Shown: one piece after another, positions 28,015 to 38,123 of the stretch
Layout: each line of letters opens with the position of its first letter
Numbering within the stretch: the first letter of the stretch is position 1
Assembly: GCA_963784525.1 (NCBI GenBank)
Contig: CAWART010000020.1
Span: 151,844 to 215,843, forward strand
DNA length: 64,000 bases
Direction: 5' to 3'
Source of the DNA: Candidatus Aminicenantes bacterium
GTDB lineage: Bacteria > Acidobacteriota > Aminicenantia > Aminicenantales > Saccharicenantaceae
The notes under the pieces: model-generated
What the model saw: only the letters and a program-made list of their open reading frames with translations
The model's database searches: none
What the model was told of the DNA's origin: nothing
Program-made: the position numbers and the translations under genes

Positions 28015-29385
28015 ATGAAGAATATGTTACCGGCCATGCTGGCGGTCCTGTTCGTCCTGGGCTTATCGGGCGCTTCAGGATCGGCCTCGGAGAATCCGCA
28101 AAAGGCGGATGCGCTCATCGGGAAGGCCCGGAACTTCCTCGAGCGTCTCGACAGGGGCGATTTCGCCGGCGCGGCGGCGGATCTCGACGCGACCATGATG
28201 AAGGTCTCGGGGCCGGACAAGCTCGCTGTCCTCTGGAAGGAAATCCCGGCGCGGCTGGGGTCGTTCCGCCGGCAGACGGCCGCCCGCAGGGAGCCACTCG
28301 ACCCCTACGAGATCGTCCTGGTGACGTGCGAATTCGAGAAGGTCACCCTCGACGCCAGGATCGTCTTCGATAAAGAGGGCCGGATCTCCGGCTTCCAGTT
28401 CGTCCCTTCGGGTCCCGCGGCGGAATACATGGTCCCGGCTTACGCCGATCCGTCCCGCTTCGAAGAGATCGAGGTCTGGGTCGGGAGCCCGGGCTGGCCC
28501 CTGCCGGCGACCCTGACCCTCCCCAGGGGCGAAGGCCCCTTCCCTGCCCTCGTCCTCGTTCACGGCTCGGGGCCCAACGACAGGGACGAGACCGTCGGGC
28601 CCAACAAGCCGTTCAAGGACCTCGCGTGGGGGCTGGCGGCGAAGGGCATAGCGGTCCTTCGCTACGAAAAGAGAACCAGGATCTTCGGCCGGAAGCTCGT
28701 CGCGGATCCCGGGCCGGCCGCCTCGTTCACGGTCAAGGAGGAGACGATCGACGATGCCCTGGCGGCGGTCCGGTTCCTCGGGAGAACGGACCGGGTCGAT
28801 CCGAAGCGGATATTCGTCCTGGGGCACAGCCTCGGCGGCATGCTCGTCCCCAGGATCGCCGTGGACGGGAAGAGCCTGGGGATCGCCGGATACGTCGTCA
28901 TGGCCGGCCTGACCCGTCCGCTCGACGAGACCATCGTCCGCCAGATGACCTATCTCTACGGGCTCGACGGTTCCCTTTCCGCCGAGGACAGGGCGCAGTT
29001 GGAGGAGCTCAAGGCCCGGGTCGCCAAGATCAGGGCTTTCACGGACAAGGATGCGGCATCGGAAGAAAGGGTCCTCAACGCCCCGGTGAGCTACTGGCTC
29101 GACCTGAGGGGCTATGATCCTCCCGCCGTCGCCGCGGCGCTCGACGTTCCCATGCTCATCCTTCAGGGGGCCCGCGATTATCAGGTGACGACGGACGACT
29201 TCGACAACTGGAAGAAGGCCCTGGGGGGAAAATCCGCCGTGGAGTTCAGGCTTTATCCGAAGCTGAACCACCTGTTCATGGAAGGCCGGGGATTCCCGAC
29301 CCCGGACGAGTACACGCGGGTCCACGCCAGTGTCGCCCCGTATGTCCTCGACGACATCGCCACATTCATCAGGGGCCGATCCTGA
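28015..29385 (+). CDS. secreted alpha/beta hydrolase
   Basis: 456 aa with a signal peptide, a GHSLGG nucleophile elbow and a C-terminal His region. Confidence 0.8.
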   Translation: MKNMLPAMLAVLFVLGLSGASGSASENPQKADALIGKARNFLERLDRGDFAGAAADLDATMMKVSGPDKLAVLWKEIPARLGSFRRQTAARREPLDPYEIVLVTCEFEKVTLDARIVFDKEGRISGFQFVPSGPAAEYMVPAYADPSRFEEIEVWVGSPGWPLPATLTLPRGEGPFPALVLVHGSGPNDRDETVGPNKPFKDLAWGLAAKGIAVLRYEKRTRIFGRKLVADPGPAASFTVKEETIDDALAAVRFLGRTDRVDPKRIFVLGHSLGGMLVPRIAVDGKSLGIAGYVVMAGLTRPLDETIVRQMTYLYGLDGSLSAEDRAQLEELKARVAKIRAFTDKDAASEERVLNAPVSYWLDLRGYDPPAVAAALDVPMLILQGARDYQVTTDDFDNWKKALGGKSAVEFRLYPKLNHLFMEGRGFPTPDEYTRVHASVAPYVLDDIATFIRGRS

Positions 29386-29404
29386 GCGTGGCGCCTCTCC
29401 TGCG

Positions 29405-30586
29405 CTAATCGATATACAGGAGAAAACCCTTTAGGTACTCGGTTTCCGGGTGAAAGACATTGACCGGGTGGTCGGGGGCCTGGATATGGCGTCCCAGAAT
29501 GCGGACACCGCGCGAGGCCTCGGCCGCGGCCTGGAAGATGACCTGCCGGAAAAGCCCCTCGTCCACGAAATGGGAGCACGAGAACGTCAGGAGGAGCGTC
29601 CCCGGCGGCGCCTTCTGGATGGCGATGCGGTTGATGTCCTTGTAGCCGCGGCAGGCCTGTCGGACGTCGTTCTTCCTTTTGGCGAAGGCCGGGGGGTCGA
29701 GGATGATGAGGTCGTATCGCGCGAGGGTGCCGCGCAGGAATTCGAAGACATCGGCCTCGATGAATCCGTTCCCCTCGACCGGGAGGCCGTTCTGGAAGAA
29801 GTTCCGTTTCGCGGTCTCCAGGGCGCCCGCCGAGGAATCCACGGAGTCCACCCGTACGGCCCCGCCGCGGAGGGCGTGGACGGAGAAGCCCCCGGTGTAG
29901 GCGAAACAGTTCAGGACGCTCCGGCCCCGGGCCAGGGTCCCGACGAGCTTGCGCATCTCCCTCTGGTCCAGGTAGAGCCCGGTCTTCTGCGACCGGACGA
30001 CGTCGACGAGGAACTCGAGGCCGTCCTCGCGGACCAGGACCAGGCCCCGCTCCTCTCCGTGGAGGAACCCCTCGCTGTCCCCGAGGCCCTCCTCCCGCCG
30101 CGACGGGAGGTTCGACTTCTCGTAGACCGTCTCGGGGGCGAGCTCCCGGACGAGCGTTCCGAGGACGAGGTCCTTGAGCTTCTCCATTCCGAGCGTCGTG
30201 ACCTGGAGGACGAGGACCGAATCGTACCGGTCCACGACGAGGCCGGGGATCCCGTCTCCCTCGGCGTTGATGATCCGGTAGGCGTTCGTCCGCTCCCCGT
30301 TCCCGAAGAGGTCCCTTCTCAGGGCGATGGCCTTCATGATGCTCATGTCGAGGGCCGCGAACGGGTCTCCGGGTCCGAAGCTCAACATCCGTCCGAGGAT
30401 CGAGCAGTTCCGGTTGACATAGGCGTGCCCCAGCAGTTCGCCGTCGGCGCTGAGGACGGGCGCCATGCCGCCGTCGGCGAGGTCGGCGGGAAGGCCCGCG
30501 ACGGCCCCGGAAAAGATCCAATGGTGGCGGTTCCGGACGGCCTTGTCCTTCCCCGGCTTGAGGACGATCCCCCGAACGTTCGTCAT
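29405..30586 (-). CDS. rlmI: 23S rRNA m5C methyltransferase RlmI-like (PUA + class I SAM MTase)
   Basis: 393 aa. Contains GLVVDRY, NCFAYTGGFS and ILDPPAFAK. Confidence 0.85.
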   Translation of the reverse strand: MTNVRGIVLKPGKDKAVRNRHHWIFSGAVAGLPADLADGGMAPVLSADGELLGHAYVNRNCSILGRMLSFGPGDPFAALDMSIMKAIALRRDLFGNGERTNAYRIINAEGDGIPGLVVDRYDSVLVLQVTTLGMEKLKDLVLGTLVRELAPETVYEKSNLPSRREEGLGDSEGFLHGEERGLVLVREDGLEFLVDVVRSQKTGLYLDQREMRKLVGTLARGRSVLNCFAYTGGFSVHALRGGAVRVDSVDSSAGALETAKRNFFQNGLPVEGNGFIEADVFEFLRGTLARYDLIILDPPAFAKRKNDVRQACRGYKDINRIAIQKAPPGTLLLTFSCSHFVDEGLFRQVIFQAAAEASRGVRILGRHIQAPDHPVNVFHPETEYLKGFLLYID

Positions 30587-31015
30587 CGCGGCTCCTTTTC
30601 GCGCGGATAGAGGGACGCGACCGCCCGGCGGTCGGGGTCCGTGAGGTCGAAGCCGTCCAATTCCCGGGGTTCGACCCAGCGGACCTCGGCATGGTCATGG
30701 CAGATGACCGTGCCGCTCAGGATCCGCGTCCTATAGACGAGAAGCTCCATGGGGCGACTCGCCGATCCGGAACGGATGCGCGCACAGCCGCTCTTCGACG
30801 GCGACGTCGATCCCCAGCTCCTCCCGCAATTCGCGTTTCAGGGATTCTTCCGGGCTTTCGCCCGGCTCGACCTTGCCGCCGGGGAATTCCCACCGGCCCT
30901 CCGACCGGTCCCCTTTCTTCCGCTTCGCGATGAGGATCCGGCCGTCTTCCTCGATGACGGCGGCGGTCACGCTCCGGCGTGAGCGATCGTCCGAAGAGGG
31001 CCCGTGCGCGATCAT
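30583..31015 (-). pseudogene. NUDIX hydrolase (MutT-like), one frameshift
   Basis: Nudix box GGKVEPGESPEESLKRELREELGI. After ...RIGESP the frame switches at GGGG 30751-54 to MELLVYRTRILSGTVICHDHAEVRWVEPRELDGF.... The stop overlaps the rlmI ATG (ATGA). Confidence 0.8.
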
Positions 31016-31117
31016 GGTCTCATGGTAGCGGGTTCTCCGGCCTTTGACAAGAACGCTGTTCGGGAAGCGCGCCGGCGCGGGCCCCGGGCGGTAGTCTGGT
31101 GACCGGGACCTTCGCTA

Positions 31118-31126
31118 TGGTACAAT
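31118..31126 (+). promoter_or_regulatory. extended -10 (TGgTACAAT) 6 nt upstream of the glgA ATG
   Basis: tggtacaat at 31118-31126 and the ATG at 31133. There is no SD, which implies a leaderless transcript. Confidence 0.3.
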
Positions 31127-31132
31127 CCGGCC

Positions 31133-32635
31133 ATGATGAAGATCGCTCTGTTCGTCTCCGAAGCCGTTCCCTTCGCCAAGACGGGCGGGCTGGCCGACGT
31201 CGCCGGCGCCCTCCCCAAGTACCTGGCCCGTCACGGCGCCGACGTCCGGCTCTTCATGCCCTTCTATCGGGAGGTCCGGAAAAAGGGGCTTCCCCTGATA
31301 AAGGTCCTGGACGGTGCCCGGATCTCCATCGGCGGCCGCGACCTGCCCTTCTCGCTCTGGGAGCACGGAGCCGACGGCTTCCGGGCCTACTTCGTGGAGA
31401 ACGACGAGGCCTTCGACAGGGACGCCCTCTATGGGACGCCGAGCGGCGATTATCCCGATAACGGGGAACGGTTCGGCTTCTTCGCCAGGGCCGCGCTGGA
31501 GACCTTGAAGCGGCTCGGGTTCGCGCCCGACATCCTCCACGGCCATGATTGGCAGAGCGCCGCGGCCCTGGCCTTGTTGAAACATCGTTACGCGGCCGAT
31601 CCGTTCTTCGCCGGGAACGAGGTCTCTCTTCACGATCCACAACCTCGCCTATCAGGGGCTTTTCGATAAAGGCCATCCTCAAGGCCCTGGACCTTCCGGA
31701 TTCCCTCTTCAACATGAACGACCTCGAGTTCTACGGCAAGGTGAACTTCCTCAAGGCGGGCATCCTTTATGCCACCGCCGTCAGCACCGTGAGCCCCCGG
31801 TACGCCCGGGAGATCCAGACGCCGGAGTTCGGCTGCGGGTTGGACGGGCTTGCTCCGGAGCCGGGCCGGGGTGCTCCACGGCATCATGAACGGGGTCGAC
31901 TACGCCTCCTGGAACCCGGCCGGGGACACGCTCATCCCGGCCCCGTTCTCGGCGGCCGATCTCTCCGGGAAAGCGGCTTGCCGCGAAGGGCTCCTGAGGA
32001 CCTTCGGCCTCGCGGCCGGTCCGGACGTCCCGGTCATCGGAATGGTCTCCCGGCTCGCCGGGCAAAAAGGCCTGGACATCGTCGGCGAGGCCCTTCCGGA
32101 GCTCTTCGCCCTCGACCTCAGGCTCGTCATCCTCGGCACGGGCGACGCCGTGATCCAGGACCGGCTGATCAAGGCGCAGAAAGCCTATCCAGCGCAGCTC
32201 GGGCTCAGGATCGCCTTCGACGAAAAGGTGGCGAGGACCATCTATGCGGGAAGCGATCTCTTCCTCATCCCGTCCCGCTACGAGCCGTGCGGCCTGACCC
32301 AGATGTACAGCCTGCGCTACGGGACCATCCCCGTCGTCCGGGCCACGGGCGGGCTGGACGACAGCATCGAGGCGTTCGATCCGTCGCGCGGACGGGCAAC
32401 GGCTTCAAGTTCAGCGGACGCGACGCCCGAGGCCATGCTCGGCTCCGTCCGGGAAGCGATGGGCGTGTTCCGGGACCGGTCCTCCCGGTCCGCCCTAATC
32501 CGGAACGCCATGGCCGGCGATTTCTCCTGGGACAAGGCTGCCGGCGAATACCTGAAGCTTTATGCGGCGATCGCCGAACGGCTCAGGACGATCGTCTTAG
32601 ATATCCCGCCGCCGTCTCCGGGGGCACGGGGTTGA
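31133..32635 (+). pseudogene. glgA: glycogen synthase GlgA, five indels
   Basis: [65 protein letters not shown] and TGNGFKFS are recovered only by switching frames near 31620, 31671, 31849, 32390 and 32416. Confidence 0.85.
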
Positions 32636-33608
32636 TGTAGAAGCCCGTCCCCCACTCGAATCCCGCGACCTTGGTCAGGACGGGAACGATCTCCAGGTGC
32701 CAGTGGAAGTACCCCGCGATCCCCGGCCAGGCCCTGGTCGAGACCGTCGGGTTCGGCGCCTGATGCAGGATGAGGTTGAACGGCGGGTCGGAGAGCATCG
32801 ACTTGAGCCGGCCGAGGACGGTCTTGATCACGGACGCCAGGGAGGCGAGTTCGTCGCGCGTCGTTCCCGTATAGAACGGGGAATGGCGGAGCGGGTAAAT
32901 CGTCATCTCGAACGGCGACCTCGAGGCGAAGGGCGCCAGGACCGCGAAATCCCCGTTCCGGAGAACGAGCCGCTCCGCGAGCCGGGTCTCCTCGCCGATC
33001 GTCCGGCAGAAGACACATTCCCGGTTCGCACGGAAGAGCCTCTCGGCGCCGTAGACCTCCTCCTTGACCCTCTTGGGGACGATGGGCGTCGCTACGATCT
33101 GGGAGTGGGGATGGCTGAGCGACGCCCCGGCCTCCTTGCCCTTGTTCTTGAAGACCTGGACGTACTGGTAGTGGAAGTTCTCCTCGATGGCCGAGATCCG
33201 GCTCCGGAAGACCTCGAGGACGTCCCGGATGCGGTCCGCGTCCAGGTCGACGAGCTCCTTGGCGTGGTCCGGGTTCTCGATGACGACCTCGTGGACGCCG
33301 ACGCCGGGCATCGACTGGAACAGCCCTCCCTCGGGCTTGAGCGGCGGGGCTCCCGGGCTGAGGGCCGGGAACTTGTTGGTCACGACGCGGACCGTCCAGC
33401 CGGGCCCGTCGGGGAGCGAGCCTTTTCTGCGAAGGGCGAAGACCTCCGGCGGGGTCTTGGATTCGTTCCCCTCGCAGAACGGGCAGAAGGTCGGGGCCTC
33501 CTCCTTCGGTACGGCCCCGGCCGGCCTGAAATCGTCCGGACGCTTGCTCCGTTCCGAGGCGATGATCACCCATCGTCCGGTCACCAGGTCCTTTCTCAGC
33601 TCCGACAT
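32583..33608 (-). CDS. galT: GalT-family hexose-1-phosphate nucleotidyltransferase/phosphorylase
   Basis: 341 aa. Contains CPFCEGNE (Zn site) and SHPHSQIV (HxHxQ). Confidence 0.8.
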   Translation of the reverse strand: MSELRKDLVTGRWVIIASERSKRPDDFRPAGAVPKEEAPTFCPFCEGNESKTPPEVFALRRKGSLPDGPGWTVRVVTNKFPALSPGAPPLKPEGGLFQSMPGVGVHEVVIENPDHAKELVDLDADRIRDVLEVFRSRISAIEENFHYQYVQVFKNKGKEAGASLSHPHSQIVATPIVPKRVKEEVYGAERLFRANRECVFCRTIGEETRLAERLVLRNGDFAVLAPFASRSPFEMTIYPLRHSPFYTGTTRDELASLASVIKTVLGRLKSMLSDPPFNLILHQAPNPTVSTRAWPGIAGYFHWHLEIVPVLTKVAGFEWGTGFYINPVPPETAAGYLRRSS

Positions 33609-33609
33609 G

Positions 33610-33963
33610 TCACTCCTTGACCAGCTCCCGGATCCTCGCCTTGAGCTCGTCGAGGGACGAGGACTTGACGACGTAGGCGTCGGCCGCCCAGGTCATGAAG
33701 TCCTCCTTGTAGCTCTGGTAGGCGGTGTTGATGATGAGAGGGATGTCCTTCCGCATGCCCATGATCCGCGAGATGAGTTCGACGCCGTCCTTCCCCGGCA
33801 TCCGGATGTCCGTGATGATCAGGTCGAAGGCCCCGTTCTTGAGGGCTTCGAGGGCGGAATCCGCGTCATGGACGGACGTCACCCGGTAGCCTTCGGCCCC
33901 CAGCTCCTCCTCGTACAGGAGGCAGAGCGGTTTCTCGTCCTCGACCAGAAGGATCTGTTTCAT
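33610..33963 (-). CDS. stand-alone response regulator receiver (CheY-like)
   Basis: 117 aa. Contains LLVEDE, DLIITDIRMPGKDG and INTAYQ. Confidence 0.85.
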   Translation of the reverse strand: MKQILLVEDEKPLCLLYEEELGAEGYRVTSVHDADSALEALKNGAFDLIITDIRMPGKDGVELISRIMGMRKDIPLIINTAYQSYKEDFMTWAADAYVVKSSSLDELKARIRELVKE

Positions 33964-35321
33964 CTTGGCCCCTCCTTTTCCTTCGTTGGGAACAGCAGGC
34001 GGAACGTCGTCCCGCGCCTTCTCCGGCTCTCGACCTCGATCTTGCCGCCGCAGGCATCCATCACCCTCTTGACGAACGGGAGGCCGAGGCCCATCCCCTT
34101 TTCCTTCGTGGTGAAGAACGGCGTGAAGAGGCGCGGGCGGTCGGCCTGGGAGATGCCCGTTCCGGTGTCCCGGACGCTGAGGACGTACCAGCGGGCGTTC
34201 TTCGGATAGGCCGAGACCGAGAGGGCTCCTCCCTCCGGCGTGGCCTCCACCGCGTTCTCCAGGAGATTACGGAAAACCTCGCCGACGGAGGACGGATCGC
34301 AGATGACATCGGCCGGGCACGGCGCGATCTTGACGCTGAGGCGTATCTTCGCCAGCTTGGTCTTGAGCTCCGGGCTTTCGAGGACGGCCCCGAGCGTGGG
34401 TCCGATATCGAAGGCGATGGGCTCCTTGAGGCTGACCTTGAGGAAATGGGCGATCTGGAAGACGACGTTCTCCAGCCGGCGGGTCTCGTCGCGGATGATC
34501 CTGAGGTCCCTCTGTCGCTTCTCCTCGTCGAGGCCGGGCTGGAGAAGCTGTTCGGTGAAACCGCCGATGGCGGCGATGGGGTTCCGGAGCTGGTGGGTGA
34601 CGAACACCGCCATCTCGCCGAGGGCGGCCATCTTCTCCATTTCGACGAGCTTCGTGTGGAGGGAGGCGGAATAGATGTGGTTCGCGGCGATCAGCCCGCA
34701 CATGCCCGCCAGCTTGATGTCCGGGGCGGCGACGGGCGCCCGGGTGATCGCGTTGTCGAGGACGATCTCTCCCAGGACCTCGTCGCGCGCCAGGAGCGGG
34801 ATGCAGACGAATTCGTCGACGCCGATGAGCTCGAGGAATCCCGGGTCGACCCGCGGCTCGTTCCGGGCGTCCCGGACCCAGAGGATCTCCTTGTCGCGCT
34901 CGGCCAGTCCGGGGATCCTCGGGACCTCTTCATCGAGGGGGAAGCGCAGGCTCCGGATCCTCTTGGTAAGCGTGTCCCGGTCCTTCGCAACGAGCGACCG
35001 GTTGTATTCGATGACCTCGACGTAGCCGATGCCCGGCGTGGACAGGACCTCCCATATGGAGCGGGCCTCTTCGGCGGAGCCCGGGCCGAGCCAGATCTTC
35101 CCGCGCAGGCTGTCGCCGTCCTTGAGGAACAGCATGGCCCGGTTGAATCCCATGCCGGCGCCGGAGGTCAGGGCGGTCAGGATGACGATGAGATTGTCCT
35201 CCAGGGAGAACGGCTGGAAGAGGCTCTGGGAGATGATCGAAAGCAGGGCGAGCTCCCGGCTCCCCTGCCTCTGAGACTCGGTGAAATAGAAAGAGTGTCG
35301 CTCGATCACGCGGGGTTCCAT
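33960..35321 (-). CDS. cytoplasmic GAF-domain sensor histidine kinase
   Basis: Start at MEPRVIERH (35321). GAF-like N-terminal half, H-box THQLRNP, N box NLLENAVEA, and G boxes DTGTGI and GMGLGL. No TM segments. Confidence 0.85.
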   Translation of the reverse strand: MEPRVIERHSFYFTESQRQGSRELALLSIISQSLFQPFSLEDNLIVILTALTSGAGMGFNRAMLFLKDGDSLRGKIWLGPGSAEEARSIWEVLSTPGIGYVEVIEYNRSLVAKDRDTLTKRIRSLRFPLDEEVPRIPGLAERDKEILWVRDARNEPRVDPGFLELIGVDEFVCIPLLARDEVLGEIVLDNAITRAPVAAPDIKLAGMCGLIAANHIYSASLHTKLVEMEKMAALGEMAVFVTHQLRNPIAAIGGFTEQLLQPGLDEEKRQRDLRIIRDETRRLENVVFQIAHFLKVSLKEPIAFDIGPTLGAVLESPELKTKLAKIRLSVKIAPCPADVICDPSSVGEVFRNLLENAVEATPEGGALSVSAYPKNARWYVLSVRDTGTGISQADRPRLFTPFFTTKEKGMGLGLPFVKRVMDACGGKIEVESRRRRGTTFRLLFPTKEKEGPR

Positions 35322-36490
35322 TTCTTCGGGACGACGCGCACGCCGTCCCGGCTGATCTTGAAGCTCCCGGCATCCCGGCCGTCGTCGAAACCGACCTCGA
35401 AGCCCGCGGGGATCACCGAGTGCTTGTCGATGATGACCTTCCGAAGCCGTGCCCCGGGGCCGATCTCGACGTCCTCGAAGATGATGGAATCGGCGATGTC
35501 CGCCCCCTCCCGGACCCGGACGTTCGGAGAAAGGACGGAGCGGCTGACCCGGCAGCCCGAGAGGTGGCAGCCGGAGCCGAGGATCGAGGCGCGGATCTCG
35601 CCGCCGTCGACGAACGCCGGCGGGAACTGGGGTTTGTGACTGCGAACCGGCCAGGCGGGATCCATGAGCGGGACGGGAGGGACGGGCGCGAGGAAGGTCA
35701 TGTTCGCCTGCCAGTAGGCGTCGATCGTCCCGATGTCCTCCCAATAGTCGTCATAGTGGTAGGCGTAGATCGCATGCTCGCGGACGAGCTTGGGAATGAT
35801 GTCCCTGCCGAAGTCGTGGGCGCTCCCCGGCGTCCGGGCGTCCTTGAGGAGAGCCTTGATGAGGACGGGCGTCCTGAAGACGTAGACGCCCATCGAGGCC
35901 AGGGCCTTATCCGGGTTGCCCGGAATGACCGGCGGCCTCTTCGGCTTCTCCAGGAAATCGACGATCCGGTTCGCGGCGTCGACATGCATGACGCCGAAGC
36001 GCGACGCGTCGGCGACCGGGACGACCTTGGCCAGGACGACGGCGTCGGCGTCGCGCGCGGCGCGGAAGGCGAGGATCTTCCGATAATCGGCCTTATAGAC
36101 GTGATCTCCCGAGAGGACGACGACCGTATCCGGGTTCTCCTGCTGGATGGTATAGATGTTCTGGAACACGGCGTCGGCCGTGCCTTCGTACCAATGGTCG
36201 GAGACGCGGCCCTGGGCCGGGAGGGAGATGATGAAGTCCCCGCTCTCGGAGTGGAAGATGTTCCAGCCGTTGAGGATGTGGCGTTCGAGGGACAGGGACT
36301 TGTACTGCGTGAGCAGGGCGATCCGGCGGAGCCCGGAATTGAGGGCGTTCGACAGGCTGAAATCGACGATGCGATAGACGCCGAGAAAAGGCACCGAGGG
36401 CTTGGCCCGGTCCTTCGTCAACGGATAGAGGCGCTCCCCCTTGCCTCCGCAGAGGACCATGACCAGGACCCGGTCAGAGGATCTGTCCAT
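35306..36490 (-). CDS. glgC: glucose-1-phosphate adenylyltransferase
   Basis: Start at MDRSSDRVLVMVLCGGKGERLYPLTKDRAKPSVPF (36490), with a left-handed beta-helix C-terminus. Confidence 0.9.
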   Translation of the reverse strand: MDRSSDRVLVMVLCGGKGERLYPLTKDRAKPSVPFLGVYRIVDFSLSNALNSGLRRIALLTQYKSLSLERHILNGWNIFHSESGDFIISLPAQGRVSDHWYEGTADAVFQNIYTIQQENPDTVVVLSGDHVYKADYRKILAFRAARDADAVVLAKVVPVADASRFGVMHVDAANRIVDFLEKPKRPPVIPGNPDKALASMGVYVFRTPVLIKALLKDARTPGSAHDFGRDIIPKLVREHAIYAYHYDDYWEDIGTIDAYWQANMTFLAPVPPVPLMDPAWPVRSHKPQFPPAFVDGGEIRASILGSGCHLSGCRVSRSVLSPNVRVREGADIADSIIFEDVEIGPGARLRKVIIDKHSVIPAGFEVGFDDGRDAGSFKISRDGVRVVPKKWNPA

Positions 36491-38123
36491 CCGGCGCCAC
36501 GACCTCCTCGAAAAGCCGGTCCTCCCGTTCCCAGGTCTCGAGAAGGACGGCATCGCCCCCGGCCGGCGGGCGCCCTTTCCCGATCCAACCGGCGAGCGTT
36601 CGCGCCCTCTCGTAATGCTCGGCCGCCCGGTTCTGCGCATAGTCCCGGGCGGACCAGGTCGAGATGAGGAACGGCCAATCGGAGCTTTCCAGGAGGAGCT
36701 TTTCCCTCAGGAACTGCTTCATGAGGCGGGGGACGGCGCCCCTCCCGTCGCCGATCCGGGCGGCTTCGTCCTCGATCCTGTAGATCCTTTCCCAGATCCA
36801 CGCCGTATCCTCGTTGAGCCAGACGCTGTGGAACCCGCCTTCGCCCCAGGAGCCCTCGGGCAGGGAGACCACCGATCGGGGCGGCCGGGCCTCGAGGGCG
36901 GCCGTGCCGGTCGCGGGACGGACCGAGCTCCGGTCGAGCCCTTTGAGCACGAGATAGAGCCATTCCGGGCCCTCGAACCACCAGTGCCCGAAGAGCTCTG
37001 TGTCATAGAGTGCGACCACGCTACCGCCGTCCCGCGCGCTCAGGATGCCTTCGACGGAGGAGACGAAGTGCCGGGCGTGCTCCTCGAGCCGCTCGCGGAT
37101 CCTCCCGGGGTCGTATGGGGCCTTGTCGCCCAGGCCCGCCGCCCCCGAGGTTATGCGCCAATAGCGCATCCCGCCGGGGAAGTGCTTCTTGTGGAATTCC
37201 AGGTACCAGCCGTCCCCCGGATAGCCCGCCTGCCGGCTCCAGACCTGAGTACCGGACACAGCGTCGCGGACGAAGAACGGGGTATCGGAAGGGTAGGCCA
37301 TGTACGCCGAATACGGGTCCCGGGTCGGGTCTTCGGGCCGGTCCGACGCATTCCCGGAGCCTTCCCAGAGGCGCTTCAGCGCGGGGAACCTGTCCGCATA
37401 GACCCCCATCGCGACGCCGCCCTTGAGGAGGTGGCCGTCAACGAAGAAAAAGCCGATGCCTTCCGATCTCAGGATCTCATCCACTCCCTGCCGGGCGTAC
37501 GAGGGCCGGTCGCCGAAGGGGGGCTTCCAGGCATAGGAGGGGCGGTAGGCGCATTCCGGGATCCAGAAACCTTTCGGGTCCCGTCCGAAATCCTTCCGGT
37601 ACGCGTGCCTCCCCTGCCGGACCTGGAGTCGGATGCTCTCGTCCCGGCCGAGCAGGGGGAAATATCCGTGAGTCGCGGCCGAGGTCAGCACCTCGATCTG
37701 TCCTGCATCCTGGAGGGCCCGGAAGCCGTCGACGATATCCTCGTGGTACGTTCCGTGGAAATCTGCGGCGAGCTTTTCGTACCACGCCTGCCAGAAGTCG
37801 GTCAGGGCGGCAAGCTCCGCGTTTCCCGTTCGTTCGAAATACGCCCGGTCCTTGGCGGCGATCTCGATCTTCATGGCGAGATACCTGCCGAACCCGGACC
37901 TGAACCGCGCGTCCTTGAGCTGGGCGGCCAGTACGGGAGTGATGCCGACGCTGACACGCGGCGGGATCCCCTCGTCCGCGAGCCGGCGGAAGACGTCGAG
38001 GAGCGGGAGATAGCTTTCCGCGGCCACCTCGAACAGCCAGTCCACGCCGTGGGGCCAACTGCCATGGGAGAGGACATAGGGAATGTGGCTGTGCAGGACG
38101 AGAACGAAGTTCTTATCGGGCAT
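36474..38123 (-). CDS. GH57 1,4-alpha-glucan branching enzyme-like
   Basis: Start at MPDKNFVLVLHSHIPYV (38123). Contains WIPECAY and TELFGHWWFEG. Confidence 0.85.
   Translation of the reverse strand: MPDKNFVLVLHSHIPYVLSHGSWPHGVDWLFEVAAESYLPLLDVFRRLADEGIPPRVSVGITPVLAAQLKDARFRSGFGRYLAMKIEIAAKDRAYFERTGNAELAALTDFWQAWYEKLAADFHGTYHEDIVDGFRALQDAGQIEVLTSAATHGYFPLLGRDESIRLQVRQGRHAYRKDFGRDPKGFWIPECAYRPSYAWKPPFGDRPSYARQGVDEILRSEGIGFFFVDGHLLKGGVAMGVYADRFPALKRLWEGSGNASDRPEDPTRDPYSAYMAYPSDTPFFVRDAVSGTQVWSRQAGYPGDGWYLEFHKKHFPGGMRYWRITSGAAGLGDKAPYDPGRIRERLEEHARHFVSSVEGILSARDGGSVVALYDTELFGHWWFEGPEWLYLVLKGLDRSSVRPATGTAALEARPPRSVVSLPEGSWGEGGFHSVWLNEDTAWIWERIYRIEDEAARIGDGRGAVPRLMKQFLREKLLLESSDWPFLISTWSARDYAQNRAAEHYERARTLAGWIGKGRPPAGGDAVLLETWEREDRLFEEVVAPDGQIL

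Noticed and set aside
32583-32635. 53-bp convergent 3' overlap of glgA and the galT-like gene as a regulatory antisense arrangement.
   Set aside because: glgA is riddled with indels, so its apparent C-terminal extension (…[16 protein letters not shown]) may be an artefact of a missed stop.
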